Shown piece by piece: positions 45,613 to 57,329 of a stretch of DNA of 64,000 nt. A model generated the notes under the pieces. The model was not told where the DNA came from. It did not search any database and saw nothing but the letters and a program-made list of their open reading frames with translations. This DNA is from Perkinsela sp. CCAP 1560/9 (taxonomy: Eukaryota > Protista > Euglenozoa: Kinetoplastea), in contig CBFFSA010000001.1 in NCBI GenBank assembly GCA_965644495.1, forward strand, positions 3,844,001 to 3,908,000, given 5' to 3'. Position 1 is the first letter of the stretch. Each line of letters starts with the position of its first letter. A program made the position numbers and the translations under genes.

Positions 45613-45874
45613 TATGTATAGTATAATTGAGGGAGATACGGAGTATCTAACTCGCTTACTAAGGTTAATTCCAAAACTTGAAAATGCCCCTCAAAGAAGC
45701 GAGAGATCGAGCTTTTTCAAAATTTTAAAACGTAGCAGTAGCTTATTAGATGAACTCATTAATACTCGAAAAATCATCTACAACGACCTCATTTCCCAAA
45801 TTGTAGAACACTTTTGGTAAAAAAAAGTGCGTCTGCAAAGGTCTGCGATACGACAAACTGGTTGACTAAGGAGA

Positions 45875-45956
45875 GTCCTTTGAGTAGTCCAGTTGGTAAA
45901 GGGGTTCCATTTTGACGCTGGATGTCCGCGGTTCGATTCCCGGCATCGACATTTTT
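45875..45956 (+). pseudogene. tRNA-like sequence (degenerate tRNA or SINE head)
   Basis: A-box TAGTCCAGTTGG, B-box GGTTCGATTCC, T5 run; acceptor and anticodon stems imperfect. Confidence 0.5.
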
Positions 45957-46104
45957 GAACAAAAAAAATTATATGCTCAAAATCGCGAAAAAAACAAAAT
46001 CGGAACGATTTTTTTTTTCAGATTTTTTTTTCTTGAAAAAAGTGGCCAGCTGGCCACCAAAAACACGGTTTGCATTTTGTATATATATAGAGAGAAAAAT
46101 AATG

Positions 46105-48130
46105 TGCAGGTCCGAGTGGTACAGTGTGTAGCTACAGTGGCCCTTGAGAGAGTGAGAGCAGTGCCACGTGAGGCAGTGATTGCACAGTGATGCAGTGCAG
46201 CTGCAGTGGCACGTGCCAGAGTAAGTGCACTGCCATGTGAGGCAGTGACTGCAGTGATGCAGTGTAGCTGCAGTAGCACGTGAGAGAGTAAGTGCACTGC
46301 CATGTGAGGCAGTGACTGCAGTGATGCAGTGTAGCTGCAGTGGCACGTGAGAGAGTGAGAGTACTGCCACGTGAGGCAGTGACTGCAGTGATGCAGCGCA
46401 GCTGCAGTGGCACGTGCGAGAGTAAGATTACTGCCAAGTGAGGCAGTGAATGCAGTGTAGATAGGGTGGAATGTGAGAGAGTCAGTGACTGCAGTGTAGC
46501 TACAGTGGCACGTGAGAGAGTAAGATTACTGCCACGTGAGGCAGTGACTGCAGTGTAGCTACAGTGGCATGTGAGAGAGTAAGATTACTGCCACGTGAGG
46601 CAGTGACTGCAGTGATGCAATGCAGCTGCAGTAGCACGTGAGAGAGTGAGAGTACTGACACGTGAGGCAGTGACTGCAGTGTAGCTGCAGTAGCACGTGA
46701 GAGAGTGAGAGTACTGCCACGTGAGGCAGTGACTGCAGTGTAGCTGCAGTAGCACGTGAGAGAGTGAGAGTACTGCCACGTGAGGCAGTGACTGCAGTGA
46801 TGCAATGCAGCTGCAGTAGCACGTGAGAGAGTTAGAGTACTGACACGTGAGGCAGTGACTGCAGTGTAGCTTCAGTAGCATGTGAGAGAGTGAGAGTACT
46901 GCCACGTGAGGCAGTGACTGCAGTGATGCAATGCAGCTGCAGTAGCACGTGAGAGAGTGAGAGTACTGACACGTGAGGCAGTGACTGCAGTGTAGCTGCA
47001 GTAGCACGTGAGAGAGTGAGAGTACTGCCACGTGAGGCAGTGACTGCAGTGATGCAATGCAGCTTCAGTAGCATGTGAGAGAGTGAGAGTACTGATACGT
47101 GAGGCAGTGACCGCAGTGATGCAATACAGCTGCAGTAGCACGTGAGAGAGTGAGAGTACTGACACGTGAGGCAGTGACTGCAGTGTAGCTGCAGTAGCAC
47201 GTGAGAGAGTGAGAGTACTGCCACGTGAGGCAGTGACTGCAGTGATGCAATGCAGCTGCAGTAGCACGTGAGAGAGTGAGAGTACTGCCACGTGAGGCAG
47301 TGACTGCAGTGATGCAATGCAGCTGCAGTAGCACGTGAGAGAGTGAGAGTACTGCCACGTGAGGCAGTGACTGCAGTGTAGCTGCAGTAGCACGTGAGAG
47401 AGTGAGAGTACTGCCACGTGAGGCAGTGACTGCAGTGATGCAATACAGCTGCAGTAGCACGTGAGAGAGTGAGAGTACTGACACGTGAGGCAGTGACTGC
47501 AGTGTAGCTTCAGTAGCATGTGAGAGAGTGAGAGTACTGCCACGTGAGGCAGTGACTGCAGTGATGCAATGCAGCTTCAGTAGCATGTGAGAGAGTGAGA
47601 GTACTGACACGTGAGGCAGTGACCGCAGTGATGCAATGCAGCTGCAGTAGCACGTGAGAGAGTGAGAGTACTGACACGTGAGGCAGTGACTGCAGTGTAG
47701 CTGCAGTAGCACGTGAGAGAGTGAGAGTACTGCCACGTGAGGCAGTGGCTGCAGTGTAGCTGCAGTAGCACGTGAGAGAGTGAGAGTACTGCCACGTGAG
47801 GCAGTGATCGCAGTGCAGCTGTATTGGCACGTGCGAGAGTAAGAGTAGTGTCACGTGAGGCAGCGACTGCAGGGTAGATACAGTGGCACGTGCCAGAGTA
47901 AGTGTACTGCCACGTGAGGTAGTGATTGCAGTGTAGATACAGTGGCAGAGTGAGAGGCAATGCCACGTGAGGCAGTGATTGCAGTGATGCAATGCAGCTG
48001 CAGTAGCACGTGAGAGAGTGAGAGTACTCCCACGTAAGGTAGTGACTGCATCGGCACTGTACCTACAGTGGCACGTGGGAGAGTCAGAGCACTGCCACGT
48101 GGGGCAGTGGCTCACGTTGAGTGAGTCCAC
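46105..48130. repeat. ~56/66-bp satellite (CACGTG/CTGCAG rich)
   Basis: Tandem GTAGCACGTGAGAGAGTGAGAGTACTGCCACGTGAGGCAGTGACTGCAGTG units with an optional 10-bp module. Confidence 0.95.
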
Positions 48131-48157
48131 TGAGTGAGTCCCACGGGGGTGGGAGAG

Positions 48158-48355
48158 TGTTGTGGAAGAGTGGCCAGCTGGCCATGTTGTGGAAGTGACC
48201 ATTTTTTAGAAGTGGCCAATTTGTGGAAGGGTGGCCAGCTGGCCATGTTGTGGAAGGGTGGCCAGCTGGCCATGTTGTGGAAGGGTGGCCAGCTGGCCAT
48301 GTTGTGGAAGGGTGGCCAGCTGGCCATGTTGTGGAAGGGTGGCCAGCTGGCCACC
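48158..48355. repeat. 27-bp tandem repeat containing the palindrome TGGCCAGCTGGCCA
   Basis: Five regular copies plus degenerate ones. Confidence 0.9.
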
Positions 48356-48382
48356 AAAAACACGGTTTGCATTTTGTATATA

Positions 48383-49134
48383 CAGGGGTGGGCGCCTTCA
48401 GAGTGGGGGGGTGTAAAATTCGTAAAACTTGACCAATTTTGGAAAGTAATAGCGCATTCGAGAGCTCTCAAGTAGTCTGGTGTAATGGCAACATCCGTTT
48501 CCCGTTTTTAGACATTCGAGATAAATGACAGAAAAACAAGGAATTTATTTTTCCCCGAAGATGCAATTTTTCAGTTTTTTTGGCTTTTTTTAGTTTTTTT
48601 GCGCCGTTAATGCCTCAGAAACGTGTACGATCGCGAACATCACGGTTTCCCTTCCAGAGAGATGCTTATTCACCACCTGGGAAGGTAAGGCCGTCGCATC
48701 GCATGCTTCTCGTAGACCATTACTTTCGTTCTGGGTCCTACAATGCTACAGCATTCTCTCTTCTATCGAGAGATAGAAGATCTCCTCTCTTCTATCGAGA
48801 GTGCATACGAGGCACTTCAAACCGATCTCAAAAGTACTTGCGTGAAGACCATAAAGAGTGTCTCCAAGCGCTTTCAAATCGTTATTGAGAAAAAAGGGGG
48901 AAATTGTGGGTACTGAGATTTTTTTTGGAAAAAAAGGACTTTTTCGCTTAAAAAATAAAGTTGCAATTCGTGTTTGGGACCATTCTAGCTTTCTTTGATT
49001 CCCGTAAACTTTCGCAGAGTGCTTTTTACGATTACACCAGACTATTTGAGAGCTCTCGAATGCGCTATTACTTTCCAAAATTGAACAAGTTTTACGAATT
49101 TTAGACCCCCCCACTCTGAAGGTGCCCACCCATG
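48383..49134. mobile_element. internally deleted TIR element with TA TSD
   Basis: ~100-bp TIRs CAGGGGTGGGCGCCTTCAGAGTGG.. / ..CCACTCTGAAGGTGCCCACCCATG. Confidence 0.88.
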
Positions 49135-50414
49135 TATGTAGAGAAAAAAAACGAGCAGGGTCATACTATTCTGAGAGAGAGCTATTCTCAGAGAGAGGGT
49201 GGGACAGGAGAGACACAGAGCGAGGATGTGTAGAAAAAGACGGGCACGTTTTTGTAATTACAGCGCAGGCATGTCTCCACATCCACAGTGGTAGATACTG
49301 CGTCTTTTGGTTCTTGATACACGAGACAACGCCTAGGAGCCAACACCGAAACGGTTTTTTTTCGCATTCCGTACAGTAAAGCTGCGGACGAGAATCTTGC
49401 CCAGACGTACACCCCTGCCCAGCTTCTGTGATAGAAAAGAAAGGTTATGATATTGGATATTGAATACGTATCTAGCGTCACTTTTGCGTTATCTAAGCAC
49501 GATTTACACTTTTAAAAACATAAAAAAAATCCCAAAAATATGAAAAAGCGTCTCTCTGCTTATAAGGACCCCGAGGAAATGATTGAGCTTTGGGGACGGG
49601 CCACATTTGTGTGGGACGCACTTCCCAGTGCCCTATGCGCGTCCACAGCGAGCAGCATACCTCGCCGTATGAGAGCGGTGATTGCTGCGAGAGGGGGGCG
49701 TACAAAGTATTAGTTTTACCTTGTTTTTACCGTTTATTAATCAAGAAATAATCCATCTTTTTATCAAAAAATCTTCACTCGAAAAAAGTGTAAAAAATGT
49801 CTCAATAATATTTTTCACTCAAAGGTGTTACAGGTCCTCGTACACCCCCGTTCCCCTGTTTTGCCCGGTATTATGTGAAAAAAAAAGTTTCTGTTTGGGT
49901 CTAAAGAGTGGTTTTTCGGCATAATTAGGTGATGCCCTAGGGAAAAATATGCCTATAGTCAAACAGCATGCGATAAACGTGGGAGGAAGGGCAAAAAACT
50001 GAGAATTTGCTCATCTGGGGAGTGAAAAAACTTTTCAAAAATTCTCATCTTCCAGTCAAACCCAGATTGAAAGGGGCGAGGGAGATACGAAGCAACAGGC
50101 GTGGCAGATTACCACTGAAAAGAAATGGTTTCTCCCCGCACGAGAAAAGCCTTTGCGCTTGCTAGCTCGGAGACAAACTTCGTGCAGGGAGATACCATTT
50201 CTTTTCAGTGGTAATCTGCCACGCCTGTTGCTTCGTATCTCCCTCGCCCCTTTCAATCTGGGTATTACTTCGTTCGCTGAACTAGCGAACCTGTGAACAC
50301 CCCAGCGAACCAAAAAGTAACCCATAACGAGGACTCTGTATGTCTTCTCTTCTCCTCCTATCCCCAACTCACGTTTCCCATCTCTTTCTCCCCTTCTTTA
50401 CTTTTTTTCTCTCC

Positions 50415-51014
50415 ATGACCGACCCCGCCACCACCACCTACGACGACGACCCCGCGCTCGGGAAGCCCCTCCCCGCGCTCTCCACGCTCCACGTCGTCCG
50501 TGGCGCCCCCCTCCCCGACCTCACCGCCCACCCCTGCTTCGTGGTCTACTTCTGGGCGAAGTACTACAAGGGGGGGCTGGGGATCTCCGAGGAGCTCACC
50601 CAGCTCCAGCAGCGCCACCCCGCGGTCCCCATCCTGGCCATCGCGGCCGACCCGGAGCTCGCCCAGGTCGAGAAATTCCTCTCGGTGGAAAAGTTCGACG
50701 AGAAGACGGGGAGGCCCGCGCGCCTGCAAGTGGCCGCGGTGTGCTTCGACCCCCACGGGGCGGTGCGCAAGGCGTTCGCGGCCTCCGTGATGGACGGGGC
50801 GGCGGTGAGTGTGCCGCAGGGGTTTGTGGTGCGGGACGGGAAGATTGGGTGGCGCCAGGTGTTCTCGCAGAGTTTGCCCGTCGGGGGGACGGATTTTGAG
50901 GAACAGATGAAAAAGGTGATGGGGGGGATGGGGTTGATCTCGCATGGGGTGAGGCCGAGGGTGGAGGCGGGGCCGGTGGAGGAGGCGGAGGCGGAGGAGA
51001 TGTCGTTGTTTTGA
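50415..51014 (+). CDS. thioredoxin-fold (redoxin-like) protein lacking CxxC
   Basis: FVVYFWAKY, PILAIAAD, FDP.G.V..AF, VPQGFVV.DGKIGW pattern; GC3-rich. Confidence 0.7.
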   Translation: MTDPATTTYDDDPALGKPLPALSTLHVVRGAPLPDLTAHPCFVVYFWAKYYKGGLGISEELTQLQQRHPAVPILAIAADPELAQVEKFLSVEKFDEKTGRPARLQVAAVCFDPHGAVRKAFAASVMDGAAVSVPQGFVVRDGKIGWRQVFSQSLPVGGTDFEEQMKKVMGGMGLISHGVRPRVEAGPVEEAEAEEMSLF

Positions 51015-51417
51015 GGAAAGGGGAGGGGGAGTGAGCGGGTGTGGAAGAAAGTGGGCGAAACATACAAGAAATATTTTTTGAGGCCTGGTGAAAAAGCGAC
51101 GCCCGGAGAGCCGAATACAGGAAAGCTTAACTTGGAATCGCACATTTTCATCACGGAAGGCATGCCTACCCGCTCAAAATTTAATGTATTTGAGAACAAA
51201 ATAACAACTTACCTTTTACCTTTACGTTACCTTTCCCTTTTGAATATGCAGTATACCCTACATCACTTTTCAACTTTTACATACATTATATCCTCTTTTC
51301 TCTCCTTTTTCCTCTTTCCTTTTCTCTCTTTCCCCTCTTCCCCCTTTCTCTTTCCACCTCCTTTCTTTCCCTCTTCCCTAAACACCTTTTTTTTTCCTTT
51401 TTTCTCACCTCCCTCTC

Positions 51418-51816
51418 ATGGCCGACGAGACCACCACCACCCCAACCCCCCCTCCCGCCTCGGAGGACGCCACCTCTCTGTTACGCACTGTGCTACGCGG
51501 GGCGCACAACGCGAACGGTCTGCTCCGCGGTCTCTCGCAAACCGCCCGAGCCCTGGACAAAGGGGTCTGTAAGCTCTGCGTGCTCGCGGAAGACTGCGAG
51601 GAGGAGGCCGCGAAGAATCTGATCACCGCGCTGGCCCGAGAGCACTCGGTGGATCTGCTCCGGGTCCCGAGCCGAGCGGACCTCGGGGAGCTCGCGGGTC
51701 TGGTGAAGTACGACATGGACCACGCCGTGAAGAAGACCATCGGGACCAGTGCGGTCGCGGTGACGGTGGTCCCGGAGTGCGTGACGGAGTTCCAAAAACT
51801 TTTGGGGAAGAAATAA
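51418..51816 (+). CDS. RPS12: 40S ribosomal protein eS12
   Basis: NGLLRGL..ARALDK..KLCVLAEDCEE..LGELAGL. Confidence 0.92.
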   Translation: MADETTTTPTPPPASEDATSLLRTVLRGAHNANGLLRGLSQTARALDKGVCKLCVLAEDCEEEAAKNLITALAREHSVDLLRVPSRADLGELAGLVKYDMDHAVKKTIGTSAVAVTVVPECVTEFQKLLGKK

Positions 51817-52091
51817 AGGATAAAAGGGGAAGGGGAAGGAAGGGGGAAGAAGAAGAAATGTGTAAAAGGAAAGAGGAGAAGAAAATTTGGGGAAAGATAA
51901 AAGGTTTGTGTTCCAATGTTGTGTGGGAAATGCAAGAGGCACTCTATATTGTATTCTTAAAGTAAGTAACATAATGTACAATGTGTCAAAGTGTCGTTAC
52001 GAAATGAGAAGTCGTTGGAATGAACACTCCTACTAAAGTTGTTACTCTATCCATCAAACAAAATCTTTTTTATTTCCTTCTTATTCCACCA

Positions 52092-53219
52092 ATGGGCCTA
52101 CTCGAAAAGAAACGTGACATTGAGGAAGAAATCGCTCGCACACAGAAAAATAAAAAGACAGAACACCACCTCGGTCGACTCAAGGGCAAACTTGCGCAAA
52201 TCAAAACACAAATTCTTGAGGCCTCTTCCAAATCCAAGGCCACCGGGGACGGCTTCGATGTGCGGAAAAGCGGGGACGTGCGGGTCGCCCTTGTCGGGTT
52301 TCCCTCCGTCGGCAAAAGCTCGTTTCTGGGAAAATTCACCACCACCCAAAGCGCCACCGCGGCCTACGAGTTCACCACACTCACCTGCATCCCGGGCATC
52401 CTGGAATACAAAGGCACAGAGATTCAAATCCTGGATCTCCCCGGAATTCTCGAGGGCGCCTCCGAGGGCAAGGGCCGGGGGCGGCAAGTGATTGCCACCG
52501 CCCGCACCGCCGATCTCATCCTGCTCATGATGGATGCGGAGAAGGCAGAGGTCCAGCGTCGGCTGCTGACGGCCGAGCTCGAGAGCGTCGGGCTTCGTCT
52601 CAACTGCGCGCCTCCAAAAATTTCGTTGAAAAAAAAGCCCAGCGGTACGCGAAATTTAATTTCCTACAGCTGTACCTGTGGGCCGCTGACCCGCGGGCTC
52701 TCGGAGAGGCTCGTATGTGAGTTACTCCGGGAGTACAAAATCCACAACGCGGAGGTGGTGATTCGCGAGGACTGCCCCGTGGAGGGTTTAATTGATGTGC
52801 TCGAGGGCAACCGACGGTACGTCCCCGCGCTCCATGTGTACAATAAAATCGACAACGTGTGTATGGAGGAAATTGACCGCCTGGCACGTCTCCCGCATAG
52901 TGTGGTGATGTCGTTGGCGTGGGAGCTGAATTTTGAGGCCGTGCGACGGGGGTTGTGGGAACATCTCGGGCTGGTGCGGGTGTATACCCGGCGACGAGGG
53001 GAGGCGATGCCGGATTTTGAAAAACCGTTTATTTTGGAATCCTCGGAGAGGAAAGAGGCCAGGGTGAGCCGGGTGTGTGATCGCATCCATAAGGATATGG
53101 TGGACAAGTTTAAGTACGCCGTGGTGTGGGGCACGAGTTGTCGTTACCAACCGCAGCGCGTCGGGCTGCGTCATGCTCTCGAGGATGAGGATGTGATTAT
53201 GATTGTAAGTGCGGGGTAA
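52092..53219 (+). CDS. developmentally regulated GTP-binding protein (DRG/Rbg, OBG family, TGS domain)
   Basis: ARTQKNKKTEHHLG, GFPSVGKS, YEFTTLTCIPG, DLPG, NKID, LEDEDV. Confidence 0.95.
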   Translation: MGLLEKKRDIEEEIARTQKNKKTEHHLGRLKGKLAQIKTQILEASSKSKATGDGFDVRKSGDVRVALVGFPSVGKSSFLGKFTTTQSATAAYEFTTLTCIPGILEYKGTEIQILDLPGILEGASEGKGRGRQVIATARTADLILLMMDAEKAEVQRRLLTAELESVGLRLNCAPPKISLKKKPSGTRNLISYSCTCGPLTRGLSERLVCELLREYKIHNAEVVIREDCPVEGLIDVLEGNRRYVPALHVYNKIDNVCMEEIDRLARLPHSVVMSLAWELNFEAVRRGLWEHLGLVRVYTRRRGEAMPDFEKPFILESSERKEARVSRVCDRIHKDMVDKFKYAVVWGTSCRYQPQRVGLRHALEDEDVIMIVSAG

Positions 53220-53380
53220 GGGGAGGGGGGGTACGTTTGGGGAAAGACATTGGTGTACCACTTTGGAAGAAAAGTGTGTGGGGTATCATGTCCAGTGCAC
53301 CAACATTTTATTCTACCGAGAGCTCGAAGACGACTGTATGACAGCGAAAACAATTAGGCTAGCCGCCATATCCGAGTGTA

Positions 53381-53607
53381 CCTCGTTGGGAATATTTGCC
53401 AAAACAACTTATCGTCCTTAGCCTTACGAGAAATCAGCTCAAAGGGGAAATACAGCTCTCGGGAATGTCTTATGCCCTCGAGTTCATAAGTATGGGAGAA
53501 AATGAATTTCGACGCAATCGCCGGAAAGTTTCCTTGAAAGGTACAGTATACGTAATACAGGAATCACCGCCTTGAACGACCCTACTCGCCGAGGATTTTC
53601 TTTTTAG
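53381..53607 (+). pseudogene. deleted copy of the LRR gene at 55.9-56.3 kb
   Basis: Shares GTTGGGAATATTTGCCAAAACAACTTATCGTCCTTAGCCTT and GAGGATTTTCTTTTTAG. Confidence 0.85.
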
Positions 53608-53767
53608 GCTGCTTAAATGTGATTTTTTTATGTAAATTTGCATGTAAATAAGGCGTAGACTTAAGATGATATGTTTTTCATGCAGTGTATTTCAACAATA
53701 TTTCAATGTAGCTCAGTTCTATCTTCAGTCTGTTAGTGTTCTATCTTAAGTTCCCTGTCACTGATAA

Positions 53768-54508
53768 ATGGATCCGAGTGTAGCTCGACGCCCTTCTAAA
53801 GTTCAATACGTGCTTCTACCAGCAGAACTACAACTCACGCGTTTCCTGGGTGAGACGACAGGAATTAAACAAATATTCGATTTGAGTGCCCCTGGATGTA
53901 CGTGGCACGGTGTACGCTGCGATGAAAGTAACAGGATTGTTTTAGTTGATTGGGTTTCGGTAAGAATCGCGAATCTTCATTGGGAGCACGTCCCCCCTCA
54001 TCTCTCGGAACTTCACTTAGGTTTCAACGATTTGCGATGTGTTTTACCAACTGGAATTTTGCCGCAGAGTCTTCAAGTACTGACTTCTTCCCGCAACGAA
54101 ATGCATGGATCGATAGATCTCAGTGCGCTTCCCTCTGCTTTAAAAACCCTCATGTTGCGGTCCAATGCTTTTACAGGAGAAATCATGTTGGATTCTTTAC
54201 CACCCGAAATGACAGAATTAAATCTAAGCAAAAATAGATTATTCGGTTCAATTTTCCTCAATGCGTTACCTTCATCTCTGGCCATTTTGGATTTATCTTC
54301 AAACAGATTTAGCGGCATGCTTGATCTTTGTGCTCTAAACAACGGAATAAACGCTTTATGGTTGTATGGAAATCAATTTTCTTGTATACTAGATCTACGC
54401 ATTCCTCCTGACTCGTTAATGGAGTTCAATGTATGGAATAAAGGGTGTGAATTCCGTCCACCTGTGTCAGGATGGAAGAACCTTAATGAGTATTGGAGAC
54501 GTCCCTGA
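53768..54508 (+). CDS. LRR-only family protein
   Basis: APGCTWHGVRC cap, LRRs. Confidence 0.9.
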   Translation: MDPSVARRPSKVQYVLLPAELQLTRFLGETTGIKQIFDLSAPGCTWHGVRCDESNRIVLVDWVSVRIANLHWEHVPPHLSELHLGFNDLRCVLPTGILPQSLQVLTSSRNEMHGSIDLSALPSALKTLMLRSNAFTGEIMLDSLPPEMTELNLSKNRLFGSIFLNALPSSLAILDLSSNRFSGMLDLCALNNGINALWLYGNQFSCILDLRIPPDSLMEFNVWNKGCEFRPPVSGWKNLNEYWRRP

Positions 54509-54690
54509 TCTTTTAATTATTCAAATTGGGTAATGTACAGCGTACAGTGCTCGTACAAAAGAATTTACGTAAAAATGCGTGACGTAAAAAATAATTAAAT
54601 TATTTTAGCCCAAGCTCTTGGTACGACGAATCGAAAGGACCGCTAAATCCTCACTTTTTGGAAAGAATGGCGTCACATTATACCGAAATC

Positions 54691-55508
54691 GGGGCAACGA
54701 TAACTTATATTGTACCCAAAAAAATATTTTTTCTATTTTTTAGTGTCTCGATTATAGAGCTTTCAATATTTGGTTTTCCTTGGTTTTCCTGACATGTGCA
54801 CCTGTTTTGACCTTCGCTGAGTCCTCAGGTGGAAGCATGATGGGGATATTCCGCAAGATTTTGTGTCCTTCTTAAAGAATCACGGAGTAGTGCTGGATGA
54901 ACTTTGCCCTAATCATAAGACATCAGGTTCACCACATAAAAGAAATAAGTTGCTCCGCGTATGTGGGAGAAGGAATGGAAACGCAAAGTGTCGAAAGCGA
55001 TTAAGCAGTTTGGCTCCTTATTTTTCGGCTAAGCAAAAGATGTCAAAGATGAAATTCATGTTCTGGATTAAGCTATGTCAGAGGATCGAAATGTCTAGTA
55101 TAGCTTCCCAGTGTATGGTCAGCCGGGTGACTGCTTTTAAATGGAAACGTCAACTTCTAAGATGGGTGTCGAAGGCCTTTGAAGAGCCCAACAAGACTAT
55201 ACGGTTTTCGAAGTGTGCGGTGGACGAAACCTTTCTGGCAGCAAGGAACGCTTCCGAGCGCTTTTGCTGTCCCTTAAATCTGTTAAGAAAGAAATTATTT
55301 TGACAGAAGGTGGGGAATCTTGTTCTGATTCATCTGAAAGAGAAGAAGCAGAAGGTAACGAAGGTGAAGAAGATGACACGTAGAAGATAATACAACAATT
55401 CATGTCGTAAAGCGGAAGCGAGTGTTCAAGATGAAAGCACTATATTCTGTTAAAAAGTGGTCCAAAAAATTATTTTTGAAAGTGGGTACAATATAAGTTG
55501 TCTGCACC
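54691..55508 (+). mobile_element. internally deleted Merlin-like transposon with 8-bp TSD CCGAAATC
   Basis: GG..AACTTATATTGTACCCA / TGGGTACAATATAAGTT..CC TIRs; TSD at 54683-54690 and 55509-55516; ORF ends near CAVDETFL. Confidence 0.85.
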
Positions 55509-55569
55509 CCGAAATCGATGAGGTTTCGAAGTTTCGCAGGAAAGGAAGTACTCATACGCTTTATGATCT

Positions 55570-56304
55570 ATATTGTCATCCAGAGTACATTCTTGGACCA
55601 CAATGCCGTTGGAACGTTTCGCTCCTAATGTTAGAGCTCGTGCGAGTGAAAGCTCCGCTGTGATTCCCGCTTGGAAGTGGCCTTTCTCGGTTAGGAATGG
55701 GACGGCTTCGTGGGCGTCAGGGAAATATGGTCAGTGAGAAGATATAGAGTGCCTTAGGCGAAGGGATACTGCCCGGGAATTTATTAGGCGGAAGCCTTTC
55801 TCTCGAGATGATGGAGCGTTGGCAGGTCCTCGAGGGAGGTCGCCTGACGCTTGGGGGGAGTGAAGTGTCATGGAAATGGATGTATTTCCCATGTGTTCTT
55901 ATCGGCTTGTAGATAACTTGTTTCAACTTTGTTGGGAATATTTGCCAAAACAACTTATCGTCCTTAGCCTTCCGAAAAACCAGCTTAAAGGGGAAATACC
56001 ACTCTCGGAAATGCCTTATGACCTTGAGTTCATAAGTGTGGGAGAAAATGAATTTGGCGGAAGCATTGATTTACAGCATCTTCCGCCGACCTTTAAATAT
56101 CTTTATTTGCATGACAATTTATTTGATTGTCAGATTAAGTTTACCTTATTGCCGAAAAGTCTCGTTAAACTCGATTTGCAGAACAACGATAAACTGCGAG
56201 GGGAGCTTGATGTTTCGTTACTACCGGAGTCCTTAAGGTACAGTGTGTGTAATACAGGAATCGTCGCTTTGAATGGCCCTACTGAAAGAGGATTTTCTTT
56301 TTAG
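55570..56304 (+). pseudogene. LRR gene with disrupted 5' part; LRRs open at 55870-56304
   Basis: WEYLPKQLIVLSLPKNQLKG..; cap pieces CRWN and GVKC in other frames. Confidence 0.7.
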
Positions 56305-57329
56305 CCTGTCTTTCTATTTCAAATTCTTTTTATTTTTGTAGACTTTGGAAACGTATTTTTGCAAGCTTCGGAATTTGAATCTTGTATATAGTTGGAAATA
56401 TGAATAATACAAAACTCACATTTTACAGGGGTGTAAAGTTAAACAGGGGTGTAGTATACATGTATGTCTTGTTTTTTATCCGCGATATAAATTTTAATTT
56501 TAAATCACTATTAATTTAGAAAAACAAATTGATTAATTTTTAACTCATTATTTTAATTTTAATTCAATCTTTCTAGTAAATAGTAGTTTCAAAATACTAT
56601 ACGTGAGCGGGGCACTAAATATTTCCTATTTGACCCCTTTCCTTATCCTTTAGAACTCCAGTCGCAAATTTATGATCAAATCTTTTACAAGGTATTATTA
56701 AAGGTTGTCGGTTAAAAAAGGGTATCGGTTTGAAAAAGTTATCGGTTAAAAAATGTTATCGGTTAAAAAAACGAAAGGTTTCAATGATGGATTCCGGAAG
56801 TTGAGTCCGATTTCGGGGTTTTATCCCATTTTTTATGCGGCGAGCCATAGCTTCCCACGCCACTTCAGGGTTTAAGTCAGGAGAGAGAGGGGGAAGTCAA
56901 TACGCCTTTTCGAGTACTTTTTTTTCACTTGAATGAGTTGGGGTGTTGTCCATTTGAAGGATGGACCTCTGGTGGGACCTCAAAAAACTAGCTATACCAC
57001 TTTCCCCATATGCCAAAAGAAGTTGCTCAGAATCAACTGAGGCTCTCCCTCAAAGATGAAATAGAACAACCCAAAGTTAAAAGAATATCCTATCCACAGC
57101 ACTATCTCTCTCCCCTGAAAATATTTTTTGCGGCGGTCCGATTCCAGTTGTAGCACGCCGCTCCGGGTAAAGAGATGGTTGAGTTACGCAGACCTCTCTA
57201 CCTTCTGTGATAGCCAAATCCTGGACGTCACTACAACATCGAATGCCGTTGTTTGCGGCTGATGAAACCGATGATATTCTATTCGGGTACTCTGCCGGTT
57301 CTTCCCGTTATGAGCTGAAAAGAAAGTAC

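Noticed and set aside
45875-45951. Functional tRNA-Gln
   Set aside because: The acceptor stem and anticodon arm do not pair properly.
45969-48202. Cys/His-rich minus-strand ORFs
   Set aside because: They are translations of the satellite in several frames.
50358-53261. Minus-strand ORFs overlapping redoxin, eS12 and DRG
   Set aside because: Antisense shadows of GC3-rich genes.
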